From the NCBI GenBank assembly GCA_965228735.1, contig OZ245838.1, forward strand, positions 4,864,001 to 4,928,000: a stretch of DNA of 64,000 nucleotides, in the 5' to 3' direction. Under the pieces are notes generated by a model. That model saw nothing but the letters and a program-made list of their open reading frames with translations. It was not told the DNA's origin and did not search any database. Shown here piece by piece: positions 18,053 through 26,664 of this stretch (position 1 is the stretch's first letter; every line of letters begins with the position of its first letter). The stretch comes from Planctomycetota bacterium. GTDB lineage: Bacteria > Planctomycetota > UBA1135 > UBA2386. The position numbers were made by a program, and so were the translations under genes.

Positions 18053-19573
18053 ATGACCCCGATCCCGACCGAAGCACCGCGCCGCGTCGCTGTAACTGGC
18101 GCAACCGGCTACATCGGGGGACGCCTCGTCGGCCGTCTCGTGGCGGCGGGCTACCGGGTGCGCTGTCTCGTGCGCAGCCCCAGGAAGCTCGACGGCCGGC
18201 CGTTCGCCGCCGACCCCGCGGTCGAGATCGTGGAGTGTGATCTCGAGGACTCGGCGGCCACTGCCGCGCATCTGCAGGACTGTGAGGCGGCCTACTTCCT
18301 CGTTCACTCGATGCTCACGGCCGGCCGGGAGTACGCGGACACCGACCGTCGGCTCGCCCGCAACTTCGCGGCGGCCGCAGCGCGTTCGAGCGTGCGCCGG
18401 ATCGTCTACCTCGGTGGTCTCGGTGAGACGGGCGACGGTCTCAGCGAGCACCTCGCGTCGCGGCGCGAGGTCGAGCACGAGCTCGCGGCCGGTCCCGTGC
18501 CGGTCACCGTGCTGCGGGCCGCGATGATCATCGGCGCGGGATCGGCGTCGTTCGAGATCCTGCGTTATCTCGTCGAGCGCCTGCCGTTCATGATCACGCC
18601 GCGTTGGGTCCAGACGCGTTGCCAGCCGATCGGCATCGATGATGTGTTGCACTACCTCGTGGAGGTGCTCCGCGTTCCCGAGACGGCGGGCCGCACGCTC
18701 GACATCGGCGGCGCCGACGTCATGACCTACGCGCAGATCATCCAGGTCATGGCGGAGGAGCGCGGTCTGCCGCGGCGACGAATCCTCGCCGTGCCCGTGC
18801 TGACACCCCGGCTGAGCTCGTTCTGGATCCATCTCGTCACGCCGATCAGCAGCCGCATCGCGCGACCGCTCGCCGAGGGGCTCCGGAACGAGGTCGTGTG
18901 CCGCGACGATCGGGCGAAGGTCCTCATGCCGACGGCGCGCAGCACGGTGCGCGAAGCCATCCAGAAGGCGCTCGGTGATCACGAGGCCGAGGACGTCGAG
19001 ACGCGTTGGTCCGACGCCGGGGTCATGCCGGGAGATCCCGACTGGGCCGGCGGCAAGGTCTTCGAGGATCCGCGTGAGATCACGATCGAGGCCTCGCCGG
19101 AAGCCGTGTTCCGCGCGGTGTGCCGCGTCGGCGGCGGTCATGGCTGGTACGCCGCGGACTGGCTGTGGCAGTTGCGCGGTTGGATGGACCGTCTGATCGG
19201 CGGACCCGGACTGCGCCGCGGTCGGCGGCATTCGGATCAGGTCGGCTACGGCGAAGCCCTCGACTTCTGGCGGGTGACGGAGGCGACGCCGCATCGCCGG
19301 CTCGAGCTCTACGCGGAGATGAAGCTGCCGGGTGTCGCGACGCTGTCGTTCGAGATCGAGCCCGTTGGCGAGTCGCAGGACGAACGCACCCGGACCCTGC
19401 TGCGCCAGACCGCGCGCTTCCGGCCGAAGGGCCTCTTCGGCCTGCTCTACTGGTATGCGGTCCTGCCGCTGCACGGCATCGTGTTTCGCGGCATGCAGCG
19501 CGGCATCGCACGGGCCGCGCGCAAGCTCGAACGCGCCAGCGAGCCGCGGGCCGGTGGCGCACAGCAAGCCTGA
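18053..19573 (+). CDS. YbjT-like SDR oxidoreductase with DUF2867 domain
   Basis: VTGATGYIGG, YFLVHSM, HLASR, LDFWRV, AEMKLPG, GLLYWY. Confidence 0.93.
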   Translation: MTPIPTEAPRRVAVTGATGYIGGRLVGRLVAAGYRVRCLVRSPRKLDGRPFAADPAVEIVECDLEDSAATAAHLQDCEAAYFLVHSMLTAGREYADTDRRLARNFAAAAARSSVRRIVYLGGLGETGDGLSEHLASRREVEHELAAGPVPVTVLRAAMIIGAGSASFEILRYLVERLPFMITPRWVQTRCQPIGIDDVLHYLVEVLRVPETAGRTLDIGGADVMTYAQIIQVMAEERGLPRRRILAVPVLTPRLSSFWIHLVTPISSRIARPLAEGLRNEVVCRDDRAKVLMPTARSTVREAIQKALGDHEAEDVETRWSDAGVMPGDPDWAGGKVFEDPREITIEASPEAVFRAVCRVGGGHGWYAADWLWQLRGWMDRLIGGPGLRRGRRHSDQVGYGEALDFWRVTEATPHRRLELYAEMKLPGVATLSFEIEPVGESQDERTRTLLRQTARFRPKGLFGLLYWYAVLPLHGIVFRGMQRGIARAARKLERASEPRAGGAQQA

Positions 19574-19629
19574 TCGCGGGGCGGCGCGCTCGGAATTCCG
19601 CGCGGGGCGTCGTAGCTTCTAGTGCACAC

Positions 19630-20991
19630 ATGACCGACACGATCCGCATCGGCTACGGCCAGGGGTTCTGGGGCGACTCGATCCTCGGCCCGGTCCGCCT
19701 CGTTCGCGAAGGCCCGCTCGACTACCTGGCGCTCGACTACCTCGCCGAGGTGACGATGAGCATCATGCAGAAGCTCCGCGGCCGGAACCCGCAGGCCGGC
19801 TATGCGACGGACTTCGTCAAGACGCTCGAGCGCACCCTGCCGACGATCCACGAGAAGGGCATCAAGGTCATCGCGAACGCCGGCGGCGTGAACCCGGAAG
19901 CGTGCCTCGCCGCGGTGCTCGAGCTCGCCCGCAGTCAGGGCATCCAGGGTCTCAAGGTCGGCATCATCGAGGGTGACGACATCCTCGCGCGCGTGCCCGA
20001 GCTCGTCTCTGGCGGTCACGCGATGAAGAACATGGACGACGGCCGGCCGCTGTCGGACATCCAGGACAAGCTGCTGAGCGCCAACGCCTACATCGGTGCG
20101 TTCGCCGTCGCGGAGTGCCTCGCGCAGGGCGCGCAGATCGTCATCGGCGGGCGGCTGACCGACCCGGCGCTCGTCACGGGGCCGATGGTGCACGAGTTCG
20201 GCTGGTCGCCCGAGGACTACGACCGGCTCGCGGCTGGCACGGTGGCCGGTCACATCGCCGAGTGCGGCGCGCAGTGCACGGGCGGCAACTTCACCGACTG
20301 GCGCGCGGTGGCAGACTTCGTGCGCATCGGCTACCCGGTGATCGAGGCCCACAGGAGCGGCGACTTCGTCGTCACCAAGCACGACGGCACGGGCGGCCTG
20401 CTCAACAAGAAGACCGTCGTCTCGCAGCTGCTCTACGAGATGGGGGACCCGCGCCACTACCTCGGCCCGGACTGCGTGGCGGACTTCACGTCGGCGACGA
20501 TCACCGAGGACGGCCCCGATCGCGTCAAGCTGACCGGCATCAAGGGCGGACCGCCGACCGACAGCTACAAGGTCTCGTTGAGCTACAAGAACGGCTACAA
20601 GGCGACCGGTCAGCTGACCGTCGCCGGGCCCGACGCGCTTGCGAAGGCGAAGCTCTGCGCCGACATCGTGTTCGGCCGACTCGAGCTGGATGGCTGCAAG
20701 TTCGAGGAGTCGGAGAAGGTCGTCGAGTTCGTCGGTTCGGGCGTCTGCCATGAAGGCATTCTTCAATCCGAGGATCCGCCGGAGGTCGTGCTGCGCGTCG
20801 GGGTGAAGTGCCCGGACAAGGACCGCGTGGATCGCTTCGGCATGGAGCTCGTGCCGCTCGTCACGAGCGGGCCGCCGGGTGTCACGGGGTTTGCCGGCGG
20901 GCGGCCCAAGGCGACGGAGATCGTCGGCTACTGGCCGGCGCTGCTCGACAAGACGCAGGTGCAGGCCACGGTCCGCGTGGAGGTGTCGTGA
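19630..20991 (+). CDS. atuA: Acyclic terpene utilization AtuA family (DUF1446), N-terminal part
   Basis: GQGFWGD, DYLAEVTM, NAGGVNP, SANAYIG, GHIAECGAQCTGGN, QLLYE. Confidence 0.9.
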   Translation: MTDTIRIGYGQGFWGDSILGPVRLVREGPLDYLALDYLAEVTMSIMQKLRGRNPQAGYATDFVKTLERTLPTIHEKGIKVIANAGGVNPEACLAAVLELARSQGIQGLKVGIIEGDDILARVPELVSGGHAMKNMDDGRPLSDIQDKLLSANAYIGAFAVAECLAQGAQIVIGGRLTDPALVTGPMVHEFGWSPEDYDRLAAGTVAGHIAECGAQCTGGNFTDWRAVADFVRIGYPVIEAHRSGDFVVTKHDGTGGLLNKKTVVSQLLYEMGDPRHYLGPDCVADFTSATITEDGPDRVKLTGIKGGPPTDSYKVSLSYKNGYKATGQLTVAGPDALAKAKLCADIVFGRLELDGCKFEESEKVVEFVGSGVCHEGILQSEDPPEVVLRVGVKCPDKDRVDRFGMELVPLVTSGPPGVTGFAGGRPKATEIVGYWPALLDKTQVQATVRVEVS

Positions 20992-21305
20992 TGGCGAAGG
21001 TCAAGCTCGGTGAGTTCGCGTATGCGCGCAGCGGCGACAAGGGTGACGGCAGCAATGTTGGCATCTTCGTCACCAACGAGGCGGACTACGCGCTGATCAA
21101 GGAGCAGGTCACGGCCGAGCGCGTGAAGGCGCACTTTGGCGCGATCTGCAAGGGCGAGGTGACGCGCTACGAGGCCGACAACATGCTCGCGCTCAACTTC
21201 ATCCTGCGCGATTCGCTCGGCGGCGGCGGCAGCGAGAGCCTCAAGACCGACGCGCAGGGCAAGGTGCACGGTCTCGGTCTGCTGCAGCTCGAGGTCGAAC
21301 GCTAA
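20991..21305 (+). CDS. AtuA C-terminal domain as a separate small protein
   Basis: ARSGDKGD, ALNF, LGGGG..SL..DAQGK; TGATG coupling. Confidence 0.88.
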   Translation: MAKVKLGEFAYARSGDKGDGSNVGIFVTNEADYALIKEQVTAERVKAHFGAICKGEVTRYEADNMLALNFILRDSLGGGGSESLKTDAQGKVHGLGLLQLEVER

Positions 21306-21316
21306 GCGTCTGCGCG

Positions 21317-22252
21317 ATGACCGGAAGCGAACCCACGCCGGCAGTCATCGCCGCGCTGCGACAGCGAGCTGCGGCCCGGCGCCCGCGTATCGTGTTGCCG
21401 GAGACCGGGGATCCGCGCACGGTCGAGGCGCGGACTCTGCTCGAACGTGACGGACTCTGCGAAGTCGTCTGGGTCGAAGACCCGGCCGGAGACCCGCGGC
21501 TCGGCCGCGTCGCGGAGCTCCTCGTCGAACGGCGCGGGCACAAGGGTCTGACAGCGGCGGACGCGCGCGGGTTGGCTGCGCAACCCGCGATGTTCGGTGC
21601 GGGCCTGATCGCGCTCGGCGAAGCCGACGCGGGTGTCGCGGGTGCGGTGCACAGCACGCCGGACGTGATTCGCGCCGGGTTGTTCTGTCTCGGCACGGCA
21701 CCGGACGTGCCGCTCGTGTCGTCGTTCTTCCTCATGGTGCGCGGCGACGAGGTCCTGTCGTTCGCCGACTGCGGTGTGCTGCCCGATCCGAGCGCGGACG
21801 AGCTCGTGCACGTGGCGTTCGCCACGGCGCGGAACCATCGGCGACTGACGGGCGTCGAGCCCCGCATCGCGTTCCTGTCCTTCTCGACCAAGGGCAGCGC
21901 GAGTCACGAGAAGGTCGACAAGATGCGCACGGCGACCGAGCGCTTCGCTGCGGTGCACCCCGATTTTCTCTGCGACGGTGAGCTGCAGTTCGACGCCGCG
22001 TGCGTGCCCGAGGTGGCGGCGCGCAAGGCCGCGGACAGCCCGCTGCAGGGCCGGGCCAATGTCCTCGTCTTCCCCGACCTCGACGCCGGCAATCTGGCCT
22101 ACAAGATCACCCAGCGGCTCGGCGGGTTCGACGCCTACGGCCCGCTGCTGCAGGGGTTGCGGGCGCCGTGGCTCGACCTGTCGCGCGGCTGTACGGCGGC
22201 CGACATCGCCGGCGTGGCGGTGATCGCGGCCGCGATGCTCGAGCCGACCTGA
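21317..22252 (+). CDS. pta: Phosphate acetyltransferase (short PTA_PTB type)
   Basis: RIVLPE, VSSFFLM, FADC, FLSFSTKGS, DGELQFDAA, FPDLDAGNLAYK, DLSRGC. Confidence 0.92.
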   Translation: MTGSEPTPAVIAALRQRAAARRPRIVLPETGDPRTVEARTLLERDGLCEVVWVEDPAGDPRLGRVAELLVERRGHKGLTAADARGLAAQPAMFGAGLIALGEADAGVAGAVHSTPDVIRAGLFCLGTAPDVPLVSSFFLMVRGDEVLSFADCGVLPDPSADELVHVAFATARNHRRLTGVEPRIAFLSFSTKGSASHEKVDKMRTATERFAAVHPDFLCDGELQFDAACVPEVAARKAADSPLQGRANVLVFPDLDAGNLAYKITQRLGGFDAYGPLLQGLRAPWLDLSRGCTAADIAGVAVIAAAMLEPT

Positions 22253-22339
22253 CCGCCAGGGCTCGGGAGCAGCGGGCCCCAGTTCGACAGTCGCACCCCA
22301 CCAGAACGGGCGCAGCCGTCGGAAACCGCCCCAGGCAGT

Positions 22340-22369
22340 TTGACAGTCACGGAACGCGACCGGGAGAAT
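22340..22369 (+). promoter_or_regulatory. Candidate sigma70 promoter
   Basis: TTGACA-N18-GAGAAT about 30 bp upstream of ATG 22400; cagtt(c/t)gacagtc occurs twice (22280, 22336). Confidence 0.4.
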
Positions 22370-22399
22370 CGCGCTACGAAGGATCCCGGAATCCCCGCC

Positions 22400-23446
22400 A
22401 TGAATCGACTCGCCGCCCTGATCTCGTTCTGTCTCCTGCTCCTGTTGCCGAGCTGTCTCGAGTTCGACGCGCAGGAGATCACGATGCGCTACGACGCCGA
22501 GGCCGATCGGATCGACTTCCTCGTCGTCTATCGCGGCATCTTCTACGAGGGCGGCAGTGCGAAGCCCGACCTGAAGTCGGCCCTCGAGGAGTACGACACG
22601 GTCATGCAGAAGGGGCAGGCGTTCGTCTGGAACAACTGGCCGCTCAAGATCGACGCGGTCGATCCGCCGAAGACGACCGCCGCGCTCGCGGCGCACGTGT
22701 CCGTCGAGAACGGCAAGCTGTTCGAGGGCCCGACCGGTCGGCTCGACGGTTACCAGTTCGTTCGCATTCACGACGCGACCAAGTTCCTCCAGAAGGTCAA
22801 CCTCCTGCTCGAACTCGGCGTCCAGAGCGCGCTGATGACGGGCTTCGGCGGGCACACGTTCGACCGAGACAGCAAGGAGTTGGTGCGCGAGTTCTTGCGC
22901 GACCGCGAGAAGATGCTGCAGATCGAGGCCGGGCGCATCGTGCTGCGGCTGCCGCTGAGCAAGGCCGACTTCAAGGCGGTGCTCGGCAAGCTCGAGGATC
23001 ACTTCGTCAACAACATGCAGGGCGAGATCGTCCGCCATGAGCTCGTCACGCAGCGGCGCGCGGCCGACCCGACGGACGTCGCCAACACGAACGGCGGTGA
23101 CGTGGCGATCGACGGTGAGCGGTTGACGACCGCTATTCCGCAGTCGCCGACGTTCCGGTTCTTCTGGGACAACGAGATCGCGATCATCCGCGGCCAGGAA
23201 CTGCAGACCGTGGCCCTCGGGACGCCGGACAACAAGGAGCTGACGGTGATCAAGACGAGCAACGGCTACTACAGCGACAACTTCAAGAAGGCGATCACGG
23301 AGCGCGGCGACGACATCGAGGTCGGCGTGCCGGATCAGGAGATCCGCCGGCGGTTCGACGACTTCCTCACGCGCGACCCGGTGCTGCCGGTCGAGCTCGC
23401 GAAGAAGCGCAAGGTCGCCGAGGCCGGGCTCGACAAGGACCGGTAG
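22400..23446 (+). CDS. Hypothetical lipoprotein
   Basis: MNRLAALISFCLLLLLPSC lipobox; strong codon bias. Confidence 0.8.
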   Translation: MNRLAALISFCLLLLLPSCLEFDAQEITMRYDAEADRIDFLVVYRGIFYEGGSAKPDLKSALEEYDTVMQKGQAFVWNNWPLKIDAVDPPKTTAALAAHVSVENGKLFEGPTGRLDGYQFVRIHDATKFLQKVNLLLELGVQSALMTGFGGHTFDRDSKELVREFLRDREKMLQIEAGRIVLRLPLSKADFKAVLGKLEDHFVNNMQGEIVRHELVTQRRAADPTDVANTNGGDVAIDGERLTTAIPQSPTFRFFWDNEIAIIRGQELQTVALGTPDNKELTVIKTSNGYYSDNFKKAITERGDDIEVGVPDQEIRRRFDDFLTRDPVLPVELAKKRKVAEAGLDKDR

Positions 23447-23468
23447 CGCCCGCCCCGATCAGGTCAGC

Positions 23469-23729
23469 TCAGCTCGCGTCGTCGGGCTCCGTGCCGCCGT
23501 TCTTGGCGATGCGTTTCGCCTCGCGCATCATCAGGAACCACATCCTGACCGCCGGATGCAGCGCGAGGTGGATCAGGTCGGAGACGATCTCGTGCTGCAC
23601 CGTGGCGACTGGCCCGATGTTGGACTCGACGTGCGCCGTGATCGCCTCGAGGTGGCTCACGCCGCGCGATGACTCGAACCCGCGCTTGCGCGGTTGATGT
23701 CGGATCTCGTCGCCCCTCTCGGCTATCAC
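23469..23729 (-). pseudogene. Truncated Suppressor-of-fused (SUFU)-like protein N-terminus
   Basis: HLEAITAHVESNIGPVATVQHEIVSDLIHL resembles the start of bacterial SUFU domains; only 86 aa; GTG overlaps the stop of the radical SAM gene. Confidence 0.55.
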
Positions 23730-24763
23730 GTGCCCGACGATCCGACCGGCCGCAGGCGCAGCTGGCCGCACGCCGCGTTGGCGTCCGCGCCCGACGAGTC
23801 GCGGATCGTCGCGAGCAGATCGCGCTGTTTGACGCGGCGCACGATCTCGACGATGCGGTCGCGTGGCGGCGCAACGAACGACAACCCCTCGACCCGGTTG
23901 TAGACGATGAAGTTCACGTGCCCGCGCACGCCGGCGAGCAGGTCGCACAGCGCGTCGATGTCGGCGTCGCCGTCGTTGATGCCGCGCAGCAGCGTGTATT
24001 CGAACTGCACTGGCGCCCGGATCGCGCGGCCGTACTGGTCGGCCGCGGCCACGATGTCGCGGATCGGCTCGCGGTGCGCGTTCGGCATCAGCTCACGGCG
24101 GCGCTCGTCATCGGCGAGGTGCAGGGACACCGCGAGGCATGGACGCTCTGGCGCCGCGGCCATGCGCGCGATGGCCTTCGTCGAACCGACGGTCGACACG
24201 GTCTGGCGCCGTGGCGAGATCCGCGCCTCGTGCTTGATGCGTCGCACGGCCTCGAGCACGGCGTCGAGGTTGTGGCTCGGTTCGCCCATGCCCATGAACA
24301 CGACGCGGTCGATTGCCATCGCCTGGCGCGCGTGTACGACCTGTTCGAGGATCTCGTCGGCGGTGAGGTTGCGCTCGACGCCGAACAATCCCGATGCGCA
24401 GAAGCGGCACCCGACCGCGCAGCCGACCTGCGTCGACACGCACACCGTGCCGGCGGGTATGGCGACCGTCTCGACGAAGCGGCCGTCGGCGAGGCCGACG
24501 CGGAGCTTGACCGTGCCGTCCGAGGCCGGGTGGCGTTCGAGCACTCGGGTCGCGAGCCCGTTGGCGAGCCAGTCCGCGATGGCCGCGACTTCGCGATCGC
24601 TCAGGGTCAGCCCGGCGCGGTGGAACTCCGCCGCGCTCGGCTCCCGGCCGGTCAGCACGAGCCGCCAGGCGAGCCGGGCCTTCGGCGCGGAGAGCGGACC
24701 GGCGATCGCGGCCAGAACTTGGGCCGGGCCGGTGGCGATGGCGGGAGCGGCGAGCGGGTCCAC
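23726..24763 (-). CDS. RlmN/Cfr-family radical SAM RNA methyltransferase
   Basis: VETV, CVSTQVGCAVGCRFC, FMGMGEP, AVSLH, EYTLL, NAACGQL. Confidence 0.92.
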   Translation of the reverse strand: MDPLAAPAIATGPAQVLAAIAGPLSAPKARLAWRLVLTGREPSAAEFHRAGLTLSDREVAAIADWLANGLATRVLERHPASDGTVKLRVGLADGRFVETVAIPAGTVCVSTQVGCAVGCRFCASGLFGVERNLTADEILEQVVHARQAMAIDRVVFMGMGEPSHNLDAVLEAVRRIKHEARISPRRQTVSTVGSTKAIARMAAAPERPCLAVSLHLADDERRRELMPNAHREPIRDIVAAADQYGRAIRAPVQFEYTLLRGINDGDADIDALCDLLAGVRGHVNFIVYNRVEGLSFVAPPRDRIVEIVRRVKQRDLLATIRDSSGADANAACGQLRLRPVGSSGT

Positions 24764-24868
24764 GGGCCGCGCATCTTACCGACCCAGGTGGCTGTCCTGT
24801 CTCGAATTGGGGCGGGCAGAGTCCCGGCCTCAGCCTCGTGGCGGGCGACGGTCGATGGGGGGCGCATC

Positions 24869-25588
24869 ATGGGAAGGAGCCAGTGGAGCTTTGTCTGTCT
24901 GTCCGGCCTCTTGGCGGCCTGCGCCGCGGCGCCGGAACCGGCCGCGCCCGTTCGCGCCGAACGCGCGCAGCCGATGCCGGTGGCGTCATCGCCGGCGCGG
25001 CAATCGGTCGAACGCGAAACCGTTCCGGCCCGACCGGCCGGTGAGACGGCGCGAGTGATGCAGCCCGAGCGTGCGGCGCCGGCGTTGCCCGAGCGCATGG
25101 AACCGAATCGCGTCGAGCCGGGCCGCGTCGAACCGGAGCGTGCCGAGCCCGATCGCGCGGCGGTCGCCCCGCAGTCGAGCGAGCAGCTGACCCCGAGCGC
25201 GGGCGGTGACGTCACGCTCGGTGAGGCGGGACTGCCGACCGGCGATTCGCTGCAGCCCGTGGGCCGCCAGTACGCGCGCACCGGGACGATCGAACACCAG
25301 TGGCGCAAGAACGGCGGCCACCGCACGAGCGTCGCGTTCACGCTGTCGTTCAGCGCCGAGCCAGGCCAGCTCGAAGCCGCCCGGGTCGCGGTCGAGGACA
25401 ACTGGAGCGAAGCGGTCGAGCGGGCGCAGGGCATCTGTGAGCTCGTCGATCTGACGAGCGAGACGGGGCGCTTCCAGTGCGAGGCCGTGCTGCGTCAGCG
25501 CCTGAGCGACGTGTTCTTCACGACGACCGACGGCAAGCAGCTGGGCCGTGTCGAGCGGGTCATCTGGGATCGCCTGACCTGGCGCTGA
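24869..25588 (+). CDS. Hypothetical lipoprotein with Pro-rich linker and possibly FliL-like C-terminal domain
   Basis: LLAAC lipobox; EPxRx repeats; globular C-terminus. Confidence 0.7.
   Translation: MGRSQWSFVCLSGLLAACAAAPEPAAPVRAERAQPMPVASSPARQSVERETVPARPAGETARVMQPERAAPALPERMEPNRVEPGRVEPERAEPDRAAVAPQSSEQLTPSAGGDVTLGEAGLPTGDSLQPVGRQYARTGTIEHQWRKNGGHRTSVAFTLSFSAEPGQLEAARVAVEDNWSEAVERAQGICELVDLTSETGRFQCEAVLRQRLSDVFFTTTDGKQLGRVERVIWDRLTWR
25100..25159 (+). repeat. In-frame 15-bp degenerate repeat x4 (EPNRV EPGRV EPERA EPDRA)
   Basis: Seen directly in DNA and translation. Confidence 0.75.
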
Positions 25589-25600
25589 ACGCGCGCGGCG

Positions 25601-26125
25601 CTACCAGCGCTCGCGCCGTCGCAGTTCGGTGATGTGTGCGACGTGGTGGCGGCCGTGCCACGCGTACGTCGCGACGTAGTCGTCGAGCGTCTTCAGGCCG
25701 TCCTCGCTGTGCGTCGACCGCTTGCCGAACACGGCGGGCTTCTGCGTCGACAGACAGTGCGCAAGCCGCTGGTGCACCGACTGCACGATGAGCAGGGACG
25801 CGCCGATCGGCGCCTTGGCGTCGGCCATCTCCGCCCACACCGCCTCGTCGTAGGCCGGGATTCGCGCGTTGGGTTCCGAGATCGTGAGCTTGTGACGGAT
25901 GTAGGCGTTGATGTGGCTGTCGGCGATGTGGTGGACGACCTGCCGCACCGTCCAACCGCCGGGCCGATACCGGGTGTCGAGTTGCGCGTCGTCGAGCCCG
26001 CGCACCGCGTCGTAGAGTCGCGTCGGCAGCGCGGCGATCTCACCGATCGCCGTGTTGCGCTGCTCTGGGGTCAGCGAACCCGTGAGCTCGAGCTGGCCGA
26101 TCGGGTAGCGCAGGTCGGTCTTCAT
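25601..26125 (-). CDS. yfiT: YfiT/BstA family thiol transferase (DinB-like)
   Basis: DLRYPIG, YRPGGWTVRQVVHHIADSH, YAWHGRHHVAHI. Confidence 0.92.
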   Translation of the reverse strand: MKTDLRYPIGQLELTGSLTPEQRNTAIGEIAALPTRLYDAVRGLDDAQLDTRYRPGGWTVRQVVHHIADSHINAYIRHKLTISEPNARIPAYDEAVWAEMADAKAPIGASLLIVQSVHQRLAHCLSTQKPAVFGKRSTHSEDGLKTLDDYVATYAWHGRHHVAHITELRRRERW

Positions 26126-26664
26126 ACGTCGCGGTCCTTCGTGGTGTCGGTCGCCGGCTTCACGGTGACGAGCACGACGCCCTGTTCGACGGTGCCGCCG
26201 GTCGCCGTGGTCACGGACTCGACCACGCCGTCGATGCCGGCGGTGAGCTTGTGCTCCATCTTCATCGCCGACAGCACGACGAGCGTCTGATCCGCCGTCA
26301 CCCCGTCGCCGGGCGCGCACTGCACTTGCAACACCGTGCCGGTCATCGGCGCGATGATCGTGCCGTCGCCGCCGCCGCCTCCGGCACCCGCGCCGCGCCC
26401 GCTCGGCGGCGCGAGCGTGTGCGTCCGGCCGTCGACCCGGACAATGAACTGCTTGCCGGCCGGCGCGCCGAACGCGATCGCCGTCGCCGTCGTCGCGGCG
26501 CCGTCGTCGAGCCGCGAGAGCAGCAACGCGCCGCCCGGTCCCGGCCGCGCGGAAAACTCGTGCACCGCGTCGCCGACGCGCACGCGCCAGCGATCGCCGT
26601 CGACGTGCTCGGCCGTGACCTGCACCGCCTCGCCGTCGCGAGTGAACTCCTTGCGCAGCTTCAT
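26122..26664 (-). CDS. Biotin carboxyl carrier protein
   Basis: APMTG...AMKME biotinyl motif; 4-bp overlaps on both sides. Confidence 0.92.
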   Translation of the reverse strand: MKLRKEFTRDGEAVQVTAEHVDGDRWRVRVGDAVHEFSARPGPGGALLLSRLDDGAATTATAIAFGAPAGKQFIVRVDGRTHTLAPPSGRGAGAGGGGGDGTIIAPMTGTVLQVQCAPGDGVTADQTLVVLSAMKMEHKLTAGIDGVVESVTTATGGTVEQGVVLVTVKPATDTTKDRDV

